Made by a program: the position numbers and the translations under genes. The notes beneath the pieces were generated by a model. It did no database searches, had not been told where the DNA came from, and was given only the letters and a program-made list of their open reading frames with translations. From Azolla caroliniana (lineage: Eukaryota > Plantae > Polypodiophyta), in the NCBI GenBank assembly GCA_043228905.1, contig JBHGNT010000018.1:7006001-7070000 (forward strand): a stretch of DNA of 64,000 bases, in the 5' to 3' direction. Below, in pieces: positions 1 to 11,742 of the stretch (position 1 is the stretch's first letter; each line of letters opens with the position of its first letter).

Positions 1-13
1 TATAGCGGCAAGC

Positions 14-840
14 ATGAACCTCGAGGTAGAACAGCTGGACGTGAAGACGACATTCCTTCACGGTGACCTCGAAGAGGAGATCTACATGCAGCAACCGGAA
101 GGATTCGTGGAGAAAGGGAAGGAGCACCTGGTTTGCCGGTTGAAGAAGAGCCTATACGGACTGAAGCAGGCTCCCCGACAATGGTACTGGAAGTTTGACT
201 CCTTCATGACCGACCAAGGGTATCACAAAACGCAAACCGATCACTGCGTGTTTGTAAAGAAGTTCGAAGAAGGTGACTTCCTGATACTCCTTCTGTACGT
301 GGACGACATGTTGATTGTCGGACGGAACCAAGCCAAAATACAGATGCTGAAGAAGGCTCTAAATCGAACCTTCGCAATGAAAGACTTGGGCCCGGCAAGA
401 CAGATACTGGGGATGCACATCATTCGGAACCGGTCAAAGAAGCAATTGTGGTTGTCACAGGAGAAATACATGACAAAGGTGCTTCAGCGGTTCAACATGT
501 TAGAAGCGAAACCGGTTGGATCGACACTCCCGACAAATTGCAGATTATCCGGTAAGCAAAGCCTGAAGACGAAAGCATAGAAGGCAGATATGATGAAGGT
601 TCCATATGCTTCTTCTGTCGGGAGCTTAATGTTCACAATGGTGTGTACTCAACCGGATATTGGATACGCAGTCGGAGTGGTGAGCCAGTTTATGAGCAAT
701 CCCGGCAAGGAGCACTGGAACGCGGTCAAATGGATACTTCGGTACTTGAAGGGCACTTCGAATATGTGTCTCCGATTTGGATAAGCAGTCGGAGTGGTGA
801 GCCAGTTTATGAGCAATCCCAGCAAGGAGCACTAGAACGC
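14..840 (+). pseudogene. Copia A reverse transcriptase, degenerate
   Basis: ORFs 14-580 and 590-784 share a frame and are separated by a TAG; YVDD motif; a 117-bp tandem duplication and the Gypsy B insertion disrupt the end. Confidence 0.9.
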
Positions 841-1488
841 TGTCGAGGTATTCCTCGCGGATGCGTGGAATGAGGCGGGACCTCAGGGGTCTTGTACCGA
901 AGAGCAAGAGAGAAAGGAGAAGGGAGGGGACCCACTACGTGCGAGCGTAGATTCACAGGGACACGGCCCTTCGACACAAAGACGCGAGTGGGACACCGAC
1001 ACAGAGAGACACAAATGTATGTAAATATATATATTAACAAAACAAACAACAAGAAGCACGAAGTCGGTTACAACCGAACAGGCCGGCGAACAGATGCCGA
1101 TGCCTGTTCGTAAACGCACAGAAAGAAAGGAGTAGATTGGAGGTGCTGCCGGAAGCACTCGGGCATTCCTCAGAGCAGCGCGAGCCTCCCGAAAACCTGC
1201 ACAGAAAGAAGCTGCCGAGTATGGAAGAGAGAGAAGCCTTCGATCGACAACCCGACAACACTTCGTCCCCTCTCTAAAACGCGATCCTCTCCCCCTTCTC
1301 GTCTCCCTCCTTTTATAGGCAAGGAAGGAGCCGTTTCCCCTTTACTTCCTACCCACTAAATCTACCTACCTAGGATCTCCTATGTACCTAATTCTCCCTT
1401 ATGTACAATATAAGGCGTACGGGCATGAAGAGCTGGTTCCTACGCTCCGGTGCACCGATTCCGCTTGTGGACGGTTTTCTTCACGACA
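841..1488 (-). repeat. 3' LTR of Gypsy B
   Basis: Direct repeat of 7225-7872; about 9 substitutions counted by eye. Confidence 0.95.
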
Positions 1489-1561
1489 TCCGCCCCCACC
1501 TAACCGCGCATCCTCCGACATGCGCCAAATTGAGTCGGGACGGAGAAAACCGGTCCAGCCT

Positions 1562-4500
1562 TCATTCCCCGTCCGTCGGTTCTTCCTCGGTTTCGGATCG
1601 TTCGTCGTCGCAGTCCAGGTTAACCGGATCCGGCTCGTCGTCGTGACGCTTCTTGAACGCTTTGATCCGCTTCCCAGCTACCGGTATCGCCATTCTCGTA
1701 CCGTCGAGTTCCTCCAGATGGTACGTCCCGTTGTCGTTGGCGCTTTGTACCACGTAAGGCCCGAACCACCTTCTTGCGAACTTTCGTGTCGCTCGGTGCT
1801 GGTTGTCGAGGCTGTTGTCGTAGACTAGCACCTAGTCACCTTCCTCGATCTTCTTCGGTCGGAGCCGGTGCGTCCGGTCAAACCGGGCTTTGTTCTTCGT
1901 CCTTGCCACCCGAAGCTTTTCCGCAGCCTGCTCCACGTCCTCCGGTCTTTGCTCGAGCTGCCGTATGCGTGCCGTCAACAGTTCCTCCCGGCTCATCTCG
2001 TCTCTCCAGTCCACGGTTGCCCAGGAGGAGATCGTACGTTCCATCGGCATGATCGGCTTCTGCCCAAACATGAGCTCTGTCGGCATGAATCCGGTTACCG
2101 AACTGTGCGTAGTTCGGTCCGCCCACAACGCGTAAGGCAACAGCCGCGGCCAGTTCCCGACTTGACCTCCGCATGCCTGAACTAACGCCTTGACGATCGG
2201 TCCGTGTCCGCGCTCCACCTTCCCATTCGCCTCCGGATTGTATGTAGTGGTGAGCGAGAGCTTGACTCCTAGCCGGTCGAACAGCTCCTCGGCCTCTTCG
2301 GCGTCCAACTCCCCGCGATCAGCCACTATCTTCCCGACGCACCCGTACCGGCATATCACGTCCTCAATCAGGAACCGACATACGACCGCGATCGTTTTGT
2401 TTTGAAGGGCTCGGCCTTCTACCTAGTTCGTCAGATCTTCCCGAGCCAGGACCAGATACCGCATCTGTCCTATTCCCATCGGCATCGTCACGAGATCTAC
2501 CATCCATTTGAAGTGGATGGTCGGAGGGTACGTAGGGTGAAGCTCGTCCCGATGTCGGACTACGGAGTGCATCTGACAGCTCTCGCAAGTTGTCACGAAC
2601 CGATGCACATCCCGGTACAGTCCCGGCCACCAGTACTTCCCCTTTATCTTCTCGAACGTGGCCCACGTTCCATGGTGTCCAGCCCAAGGGCTGTCGTGGT
2701 AGGCCGTCAGCAGCTCCTCCTGTTCTTCCTTCATCGCGACCACCCGGAGCGGGACGCCGTTCCTTTTCTTCGGGTGCTTCCATAAGTATCCGTCCCGGAG
2801 AAAGAATCGGTATGCTTTCTTCCGGATCCGGCTGGTCTTGTCCCTCGTCCATGACGCATCCGGCGTCATGGTCCTTAAGAACCCACTGATCTGTAGCCAC
2901 TCGCCGTTGTACTTGCTCTCGTCGAAGCCGTTAAGCGCCGGAGTGCTCGTCCCATCGGTCGTCACGTACGCTGCCTCAAAGAAGTCCACGCCGACTTCTT
3001 CGTCCTCCGAAACCATGCCGCCCTTGTCATCAAACCTCGCCCTCGAAAGCATGTCGGCCATGGCGTTGTCCTTTCCGGAAATGTGTCGTATTTCCGGGTC
3101 CAGGGACTTGATGTACGCTATCCACCTGAGCATCGCCAGGTCCGGTGTCGCGCATCCGGAAACCATGCCGAGAATTGGCAGGCAATCCGTCTCGATAACC
3201 ACTTCTGTCCCGATTAGGTAGTCTTTGTCGGCCTTTACTGCCGAAATGATACCCCAGAGTTCGCGTTTAACCTGGGCGTACCCTCGCTGTCGCTCACTGA
3301 GAACCTTCGCGCCGAATCGGATCAGGAACCGAATGCCGTCCTAGTCTTCTTGGTTGACGACCCATCCGATCCCGGTCGGGCTCGTATCCACCGTTATGTA
3401 TACTGGGGTACCCTTCTCGTAGACAGCCTTCCGGAGCGCCGGTGCTGCCGCAAGAGCTTCCTTGAGCTTCCGGACCGACTCCGTGTGCTCGTCTCGCCAC
3501 TCGAATTTTCGTCCCTTCTTCAGCAACCCGTATAGCGGCTCCGCAACGTGGGCGTAATGCGGGATCCATATGTGGTAGAACGCGCACGCCCCCAGGAACC
3601 TCCGAACTTCCGTAACCGAGCTACAGTCGGTCTTCATCGCGGAGATGGCTTCTACCTTTGCCGGAGACGGCCTCCGGCCATATGGTCCACATAGGTGTTC
3701 GACCACCAGGATTTCTGATTGCCCGAAGGCCGATTTCTCCCCAGAGAAGGTGAGCCTCGCATCCTCTAGCCTTTGTAGCACCTTCTCGCAGTCGTCGATG
3801 TGTGCTGTCACGAATCGCCGGCATCCGTCCGGCCCGAGTGTCTCGTCTTCTCTTCCACCGGGCACCCCTTGATCGGGATGTCGTCTAGAAACGGCATGGT
3901 GACGTCCGGGATGCAATCCCTCAGTACCTTGTTCATTGCATTCACCATGTGGGCCACCGAGTTAGTCCCTCCTTGTGGCAGGGTACACATTCGCACTAGG
4001 CCGAGGGGAGTTCGCATCGTCGTAATGTCTCTGCTCTCCACGGCTAGCTGGAACTGGTCGTACCCTGAGTACAGATCACCGACCGAGTAAATCGACCTTC
4101 CGGCGAAGGCCTCTGCGAACTCGTCTATGGTCGGTCCGATTCCTGCGTTCCGAATGGTCACTCTGTTGACCGGCTGCAGGTCTTGAATGAAGCGCAATGT
4201 TCCGTTTTGCTTCGGTACGGGAAACCATCGGTTCGAGTATGGGGCACTCGACGGTTCGAGAATGCCCATATCGACTTTCTGCCTCAGTAGCTCCATCAAC
4301 TTTGGGATGTGAGCTCTTGGTACCGGAATCGGCTTGAGATTCCACGGTACATGCGGTACTGTGAATATCACCATCGGCTCCACGATTGTTGGGTCTACGC
4401 ACCCGATCTCTTCCGGTGAGAATGCGAAGGCTTTCCCGTGCCTTCCGAGCATTCTCCGAAACCGGTCTTCCTCCGCCGGCAGTAGGAACCCGCCCCCACC

Positions 4501-5058
4501 CATTTTGAGCTCCCGGAGCGTCCCGTCGGTGAAGGTGTGTCCTATGCAGACCGGATCTCGCAAACTGGGGTCCGACGCAACCCCTCTGATTCGGGACTCG
4601 CTACCCTCCGGTAAGGGTGCCGCGACTGGCCTTACCTTCCGGTCCACAGTCTTGTACTTCGTGCTAACTCGGGCCGTCCGATCCGGCTCGAGCCCCTGAC
4701 TGAAGTTCGCGATGACTTCATACATCTCTTCGGAACATACCGGTATCGTCCGGTCTTCGTTTAGGTCTTCTCCGGCTACCTTCCTCAGCATACCCAAGGT
4801 GTCGTCGAAGGAGACTGCCTCCACGGCTGCGCTGATTTCCTCGTCCGGGCCGAGGACTCCGCACGCTCGAAGTCGCTCTTCCGCCCTTGCCTTCTCTCGG
4901 CCAACGATGCCGACTATCATACACCCTCCGTTGTTGGAGAAGCAAAATATTCTACCCATCGTACAAGGATTCTTCGGTTTCGGTTCTATTGTACAGCTGT
5001 GGGGTCTTTCCCGAGTGTCTGGATTGTCTCGGCCCCACGCCTTGGCAGCCCTCTCTAA
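1562..5058 (-). pseudogene. Gypsy B pol (RT, RNase H, integrase) with stops and frameshifts
   Basis: RT (VPHVPWNLKPIP, DLYSGYDQ, LPQG, FLDD), RNase H (VDTS, ETDC, NAMADMLSR), integrase HHCC and D,D35E (WMVDLV, ADRGE, NGKVER), GPY module. Confidence 0.9.
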
Positions 5059-7181
5059 AAATCCTCCCGGTTCTCGCCACCGAGGGATTCGCGGTTTCGC
5101 TCGTGGTTCGGCTGCACCGTCAGAAATTGGACCGAATGGCGCCCGTCCTGGCTTTTGACCCTCGCGTAGGCCGAACCGTTGTCTAGCACTTTGGTCTCCA
5201 TTCTCGCCGCCGTGATGTATGGTTCCCCTAATATGACCGGATGCGAGGACGTCTCCTGCACGAAGAAGTGCTGGTCAATCTCGACGTCGCCGATCTTGAC
5301 TCAGACATTCGGGCAGGCCCCGTGTAGTTCCTCGGTGGCGCGCGTCGCCGCCCGTATCTTCCACCTGTGCTTGGTGTTGATCGGCCATTTTCCCTTCTTA
5401 TAGAAGTCCATGGACATCAGGTTTATTTCCGAACCGTGGTCCACCAGTGCTACCACCGGTTCCTGAACATCTCCGATCTTTACCGGGGTCTCCGTGGTCG
5501 CTCGGGCCCAGTGTGGCCTCGAATAGTGGCTCTCCGCCCACTCATCTTCCAGCGCCAAGTCGTCGATGTGTGTTGTCCACACCTCCACCGGTCTTTCCGG
5601 TTCCGTCTCCGTCGACAGCCTCTTCCGTTTCACTAAGTCTACAATGGAGTCGTGGAACTCCTTCTTGGCGATCCCTAGCACCTCCCGCAATGACAGCTCC
5701 ACCTTGCTGTCGAGGATCCGTTCTTCTAGGACCTTTCGTAGGTCCGTGGTTCTTTCTATTTCCGTTCCCAGTCGGTATCCGCCCTTCCTGGGGTTATCTT
5801 GCGAGCTGGACCCACCGGCATCGTTCCGGCGTTGCCCGAATCGGGTCTCGTACCGTTGTGAGGGCCCGGCCGCTCCGGCTTTCCCCACTCGTTTGTCTTC
5901 TACCAGAGCCTCGTAGTTCCGGCAGGCGGCTTCTACGAAGCCCGTCTTCTCCTCGACCGGGTCGCTCCACCCGGTTACTTCCCGGACCTGTCTCTCAGCG
6001 CGGTCCGCTTCATCTTTCCTCAACCGTGCGCCGGCGAGGCCTTCCAACATTGCCGACCAGAATCCGTCTTTGCTCTCCTTTCGGGCCTCGCTGCCCCCGA
6101 CCCGAATGCCGGCCGACGCCGAGTAGTGGACGGCCTCCACGTGTCGGGCCGCTGCCTCTTCCATCAGTCTCTTCATACCTTCTCGCCCGTCGTTTCGGTT
6201 TAGGGCCCTTCTGGTGTCGCCGGCGTGCACCCGGCCTTCCCATAGGTACACCACCCGGTTCCTCAACGCCTCTGCGAAATCGCCGCAGTCCTTCCGAATG
6301 TGGCTGACCTCGTCACACCACATGCACCTGTTCCCTGCTGCCGGTCGTCGGTCACGAGCCGGTTCGCCGCCTTCCCTTCGAGTCTGGGCGATCTGGAGAT
6401 CCTTTATCGCCCGTGTCAACTCCTCCGGCGCTGCTCCTCCGGACGAGTCAATGACCATGCCGGTCGAAGCCGAACCGGTTTCGAGCCACTCCTGGGTCTC
6501 TGCCCTTCGCCCTTGTGGTGCCGGTTAAGGCCTCCTTGCTGTGACAGAGCTCGCTCCGGTCGCCCCGTTGTCAGCCCATTCTCGCCGTTTGTCGAAACGG
6601 CCACAGACTCTCTTAACCGCAGTCCAGTCGGTCGTCAGCCCGTCTTCGGTTTCTAGCAAGGAGCCGACTTGATCCCGGTCCCGCTCGTCCACCGACTTGA
6701 CGAACAGTAGGACCCGGCTCGTATCCAGAACAGTTCGGTCAAGCGCCGAAAGGCGCGCCAAGCGTTCCTCAAACTCCCGGAGGAGTGCTGACGCGTTTCT
6801 TCCTTTGCCGGGGGACTCCACCCATTCCATGAAGTCCCGTTTCGAAAGCCGGAGCGCGTCGTCCAACCCGTATTTCTCTAGGAGTCGGCCGTCGAACTCC
6901 TCCCAGGTACGGCTCTCCGCCCGTACCTCGAGCACCTCCGCATGGATGCTCGGCATCGCCACTCGAGGAAACCCGGCAAGACACCTCTCTTCCGGAATGT
7001 CCCGCATCGGCATTTCCGCCCCGTAGGACGCCAAATACTTCGTAGCATCCTTTCCGCTGAACCGGCCGATCGTACCGACAACCACCTCAATGGCTCTGTC
7101 GAGGGCGCCGGTGCCCTCGCGTGTGCTCAATATCCGATCCACGACCAAAGCCATGGCCTCCGCAAGATCCGACCCCTTCAT
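5055..7181 (-). pseudogene. Gypsy B gag-protease ORF, frameshifted near 6525
   Basis: Starts MKGSDLAEAM just after the PBS; CCHC knuckle CMWCDEVSHIRKDC; protease ALVDHGSEIN...VILGEPY; ends ENREDF*. Confidence 0.85.
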
Positions 7182-7203
7182 CTTCTGCTCTTCTGCCGCC
7201 TCC

Positions 7204-7221
7204 TTCACGTCGGGTTCACCA
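7204..7221 (-). promoter_or_regulatory. Primer-binding site, tRNA-Trp
   Basis: TGGTGAACCCGACGTGAA 3 nt inside the 5' LTR boundary, complementary to the 3' end of plant tRNA-Trp (TTCACGTCGGGTTCACCA, recalled). The same PBS is at 9216-9233 and 52626-52643. Confidence 0.85.
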
Positions 7222-7224
7222 AGA

Positions 7225-7872
7225 TGTCGAGGTATTCCTCGCGGATGCGTGGAATGAGGCGGGACCTCGGGGGTCTTGTACCGAAGAGCAAGAGAGAAAG
7301 GAGAAGGGAGGGGACCCACTACGTGCGAGCGTAGATTCACAGGGACACGGCCCTTCGACACAAAGACGCGAGTGGGACACCGACACAGAGAGACACGAAT
7401 GTATGTAAATATATATATTAACAAAACAAACAACAAGAAGCACAAAGTCGGTTACAACCGAACAGGCCGGCGAACAGATGCCGATGCCTGTTCGTAAACG
7501 CACAGAAAGAAAGGAGTAGATTGTAGGTGCTGCCGGAAGCACTCGGGCATTCCTCAGAGCAGCGCGAGCCTCCCGAAAACCTGCACAGAAAGAAGCTGCC
7601 GAGTATGGAAGAGAGAGAAGCCTTCGGTCGACAACCCGACAACACTTCGTCCCCTCTCTAAAACGCGATCCTCTCCCCCTTCTCGTCTCCCTCCTTTTAT
7701 AGGCAAGGAAGGAGCCGTTTCCCCTTTACTTCCTACCCAGTAAATCTACCTACCTAGGATCTCCTATGTACCTAATTCTCCCTTATGTACAATATAAGGC
7801 GTACGGGCATGAAGAGCTAGTTCCTACGCTCTGGTGCACCGATTCTGCTTGTGGACGGTTTTCTTCACGACA
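7225..7872 (-). repeat. 5' LTR of Gypsy B
   Basis: Direct repeat of 841-1488, adjacent to the PBS. Confidence 0.95.
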
Positions 7873-7876
7873 ACGT

Positions 7877-8404
7877 GGTCAAATGGATACTTCGGTACTT
7901 GAAGGGCACTTCGAATATGTGTCTCCGATTTGGCTCCGGTAAACCTCAACTTGACGGTTTCACCGATTCGGACATGTCGGCTGATGTGGATACCAGCCGG
8001 TCTACATCCGGGTATGTAATGACATATGTAGGGGGAGCTGTTTCGTGGCAGTCGAGGCTGCAGAAGACGGTTGCGTTGTCAACCACGGAGGCGGAGTACA
8101 TGGAATCTGTGGAAGCCGGCAAGGAAATATTATGGATGAAGGACTTCATCGGTGAGCTCGGTATCCGGCAAGATGAATACCGGCTCTATTGCGACAATCA
8201 AAGTGCCATCCACCTTGCTAAGAACACAACGTACCATTCCAGGACGAAGCACATCCAGTGTAGGTATCACTGGATCCGGGAGCGAGTAGAAGATTGAGAG
8301 TTCGCACTGACGAAGATCCACATGGCCGAGAACGGGTGAGATATGCTGACCAAAATACTAATACCCGACAAGCTGGATGCATGTCGGATGCGGATCGGAC
8401 TAGT
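7877..8404 (+). pseudogene. Copia A RNase H, degenerate
   Basis: VKWILRYLKGT...FTDSDMS...WQSRLQKTVALSTTEAEY...CDNQSAIHLAKN...RTKHI; TGA stops downstream. Confidence 0.9.
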
Positions 8405-8436
8405 ATGACATCCCATGCCGGAGTGAAGGGGGAGTT

Positions 8437-9201
8437 TGTTAGGAAATAGGTCCCTCTGGATGGGAAGTGAGAAGAACAGTGTTGATGAGCAACTTGGCCG
8501 AGGCCGAATCTGGATGTGGAGTACCCGGCAACGGAAGACCCGGTGAGAACCGGATGTGGAGTACCCGACAACGAAAGACCCGGTGAGAACCGGATGTGGA
8601 GTACTCGACAACGGAAGACCCGGTGAGAACCAGATGTGGAGTACCCGACAACGGAAGACCCGGTGAGAACCGGATGTGGAGTACCCGGCAACGGAAGACC
8701 CGGTGAGAACCGGATGTTGCAGGCCCAGTGAGAACCTCTCACCAGATGAAGGGACATATATGTAAATATGTTCCAGAGAGAGAGCCCATCGGGGCTATAT
8801 TTGTAAATAACCCGAAAGTCATATTAGTATAAATATGACCTAGGGCAAACTTAATTGTATGATGATAGAGTTATTGGTGTAACAACTGTACAGAGAGAGA
8901 GAGACAGAGAGAGCGATACAGAGCATGTCTCTGTTGTAACCGCCGCTAGGCGAAGATTGTGAGCAAGAGGTCATTTCCTCTGTGCTCCCTGTTGTATTAC
9001 TTTATAGAGTGATAGTTTGGAGTCTGTGGACTCCCGTGGTTTTTCCCTCTCAGGGTTTTTCCACATTAATATCTTGTGTATTCTCTTTCTGTTTTGTCGA
9101 CTTACCTCCATTCCCATTTCGTCTGTGTTTTTTATTATTATTGTCATCAAGTGATCTACGCTTCGGTTGTGGTCGGAGATTATTCCACGTATTTCTTGTC
9201 A
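8437..9201 (+). repeat. 3' LTR of Copia A
   Basis: Begins TGTTAGGAAAT right after the PPT; ends ATTTCTTGTCA (imperfect inverted terminus); TATA-like TATAAAT near 8828. Confidence 0.75.
8511..8717 (+). repeat. 40-bp tandem repeat, 5 full copies plus a partial, in Copia A U3
   Basis: Unit CGGATGTGGAGTACCCGRCAACGGAAGACCCGGTGAGAAC with an exact 40-nt period. Confidence 0.95.
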
Positions 9202-9256
9202 TAACGTGACATATTTGGTGAACCCGACGTGAAACAAGGCGGCAAGGGAATCAAAG

Positions 9257-11318
9257 ATGAGGGGATTGGAGCTCGCTGAAACCATGGTGGTAGTGGTTGA
9301 TCGGATAGTAAGTGCTCGTGAGGGCATGGGCGCCCTCGACAGGGCCATTGAAGCAATTGGTGGCACAATAGGCCGGTTCGATGGGAAGGAAGCCACGAGT
9401 TATTTGGTGGCCTATCGAGCCGAAATGGTGATGAGGGACATCCCAGAGGAAAGGCATCTGGTTGGGTTCCCTTGGATGGCGACACCAGGCATCCACGCAG
9501 AGGTGATCGAGGTGCAGACTGGATGCCGGATGCAAAGGTTATCGAAGCAGGACTTCATGGATTGGGTGGAGACCCCGGAAAGGGGAGGAATGCATCGACG
9601 CTTCTCTAGGAGTTTGAAGAACGCTTCACACGGCTCTCGACGCTGGACAGAACAGTGCTGGACACGAGCCGCATCTTGTTGTTTGTCAATCCATGGACGC
9701 ACTGGATTGAGATCAAGTGGGTCTCCTGCTGGAGACGGACGACGGGCTGACGGCCGACTGGGCCGTGGTAAAGAGAGTCTACGGCTGTTTTGACAAACGA
9801 CGTGAGTGGGTTGACAAGGGCTTATCAGGGGCAGGAGTGGTTACGACAAGGAAGCTCGAGGGACCCCCGCCAGTGCAAAGGGAGGAAACCTGGGATTGGC
9901 TCGAGATAGGTTCGACATCGACCAACGTGGTCAAAGGCTCGCTCGGAGGAGCGGCTCTAGAGGAGCTGACGCAGATGGTACAAGACCTCTAGATTGCATA
10001 GGCAAGGAGGGACGGCGGCGAGCAGCCTCGCGACCGAAGGCCTCAGGGTGGGCATTAGTGCTTCTGGTGTGACGCGGTCGGTCAAGTTCGGAAGGACTGC
10101 GTGGACTTCGTAGAAGTAGTAAGGGCTAACGTGGTGTACCTGTGGAACGGGAGGATGCATGCTAGCGAGACCTGGAGAGCCCTGGAGCTGAATATCGGAC
10201 GAGGAGGAATGAAGAGGGTGATGGAAGAAGCGGCGGCGCGCCACGCGGAGACCATCCACTACTCGGCGTCGGCAGGAATCCGGGTCGGGAGTGACAAAGG
10301 CCGAAAGACGAAGGACTCTGGATTTTGGTGGGTGGTACTAGAAGGCCTCGCCGGTATGTGGTTGAGGAAGGAGGAAGTTAACTGCGCGGAAAGGCAGGTT
10401 CGGGAGGTCACCGGGTGGAGTGACCTGGTCGAGGAAAAGACCGGCTTCGTGGAAGCCACGTGCCAAAAGTACGAGGTTCTTGTAGAAAACAAATGTGCGG
10501 GAAAAGCCGGAGGGGCCGGACCCTCCCAGTTGTATGAGACCTGGTTCGGGCCGAAGTAGAATGACGCCGATACTTCCAGCACACCAGATAAAACAAAGAA
10601 AGCCGGTTACCAGTTGAGCACCAAGATAGAAAGAACGATGGACTTGCAGAAGGTCCTTAAGGAACGAATCCTCGATAGCAAGGTGGAGCTGTCGCTGAGG
10701 GAAGTGCTTGGGATCGCCAAGAAAGAATTCCATGATTCCATCGTGGACTCGGTGAAGCGAAAAAGGCTTTCGACGGAGCTGGAGCCAGAGAAGCCAGTGG
10801 AGGTGTGAACGACGCACCTAGAAGATATGGCCCTGGAAGATGAGTTGGCGGAAAGCCACTATTCGAAGCTGCACTGGGCAAGAGCCGCTACAGAGATCCC
10901 GGTTCGGATCGGAGACGTCCAGGAGCCGGTGGTGGCGCTGGTAGACCACGGTTCGGAGATCAACCTGATGTCTATGGATTTCTACATGAAGGGCAAGTGA
11001 CTGATCAACACCAAGCACGGGTGGAAAATACGAGCAACGACTCACACCACGGAGGAGCTACATGGGGCCTGCCCAAATGTATAGGTGAAAATCGGTGATG
11101 TCGAGATTGACCAACACTTCTTCGTGCAGGAGACATCCTCACATCCGGTGATACTTGGAGAACCGTACATTACAGCAACACGCATGGAGACGAAGGTGCT
11201 GGACAACGGTACGACGTACGTGCGTGTGAAGAGCCATGATGGGCGACACCCCGTCCAATTTCTAACAGTGCGACCAAACCACGAGACCCTCGACAGCGAA
11301 AGCCGAGGGGATTTTTAG
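9257..11318 (+). pseudogene. Gypsy C gag-protease, heavily mutated
   Basis: ORF pieces 9257-9793, 9717-9992, 10101-10559, 10614-10808 and 11085-11318 are homologous to B/E gag-PR; ends GDF*. Confidence 0.85.
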
Positions 11319-11354
11319 AGAGGGCTATCAAGATGTGGGGCCGCAATAGTCCGG

Positions 11355-11742
11355 TATCGTGAAGAAAACTGGCCATAGGTGGAATTGGGGAGAAAGCGCA
11401 TAAACCGGCCCTTACACGGATGGACGCATGACTTGATATTTTGTACACGAATCGGTGGGCCTAAATACTAAGGCGCGCGCATTTATTAGAGGGGGATTGT
11501 GCGTATCCTTGTGAGAGGGACAGGGGAATAAAGGGAAGGAAAAAGAGGAGAGAGAGGAATCGTGCGTGGGGGGAAGAAAAAGGGCTGCTGCAGAACGAAG
11601 GGGGCTCTCTTCTCCTCGCCGGTCGTTGGGAGTTCGCTGCTTCTGCTTCGTTGACAGCCTGTGTGCTTCAAGCAGAGGCTCTCCCCCTTTTGGTTCCTAG
11701 AGTTGTGTGGTAGTCGTGTGTGTGTGTGAGTGGGACCCCGTG
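11355..11742 (+). repeat. 5' LTR of Gypsy D, partial, cut by F
   Basis: Colinear with 49158-49562; terminal TG mutated to TA. Confidence 0.85.

Larger units (their letters stand above)
841..7872 (-). mobile_element. Gypsy LTR retrotransposon B (tRNA-Trp primed, no chromodomain, Phygy/Selgy-like), full length but mutated
   Basis: 648-bp LTRs 841-1488 and 7225-7872 with TG..CA ends; TSD ACGC (837-840) / ACGT (7873-7876); gag-PR-RT-RH-IN order on the minus strand; PPT at 1489-1503. Confidence 0.93.
1..9201 (+). mobile_element. Copia LTR retrotransposon A, 3' half (5' part outside window), interrupted by Gypsy B and inserted in the last bases of the 5' LTR of Gypsy C
   Basis: Copia RT motifs (QLDVKTTFLHG, SLYGLKQAPRQW, LLLYVDDMLI) and RNase H (FTDSD, ALSTTEAEY, CDNQSAI, RTKHI); PPT GAAGGGGGAG at 8425-8434 followed by a TG-starting LTR. 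Confidence 0.9.

Noticed and set aside
5367-6656. Long antisense ORFs over Gypsy gag/pol (e.g. 5447-6307, 53137-53820, 39881-40492)
   Set aside because: Shadow ORFs of GC-rich coding DNA, with no domains and boundaries not conserved between copies.
7182-7445. N-terminal extension of gag starting inside the LTR (also 52420-52665, 12207, 48348, 49369)
   Set aside because: ORF-caller read-through from LTR sequence; homology across copies begins at the ATG after the PBS or at the insertion junction.
8511-8717. CRISPR-like 40-bp repeats and repetitive ORFs 8218-8757
   Set aside because: Head-to-tail repeats without spacers inside an LTR; the ORFs are translation artefacts.
9202-9206. Copia A LTR ending at TAACG (9206)
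   Set aside because: ATTTCTTGTCA (9201) mirrors the LTR start better, and TAACGTGACA matches the end of the Gypsy C LTR.
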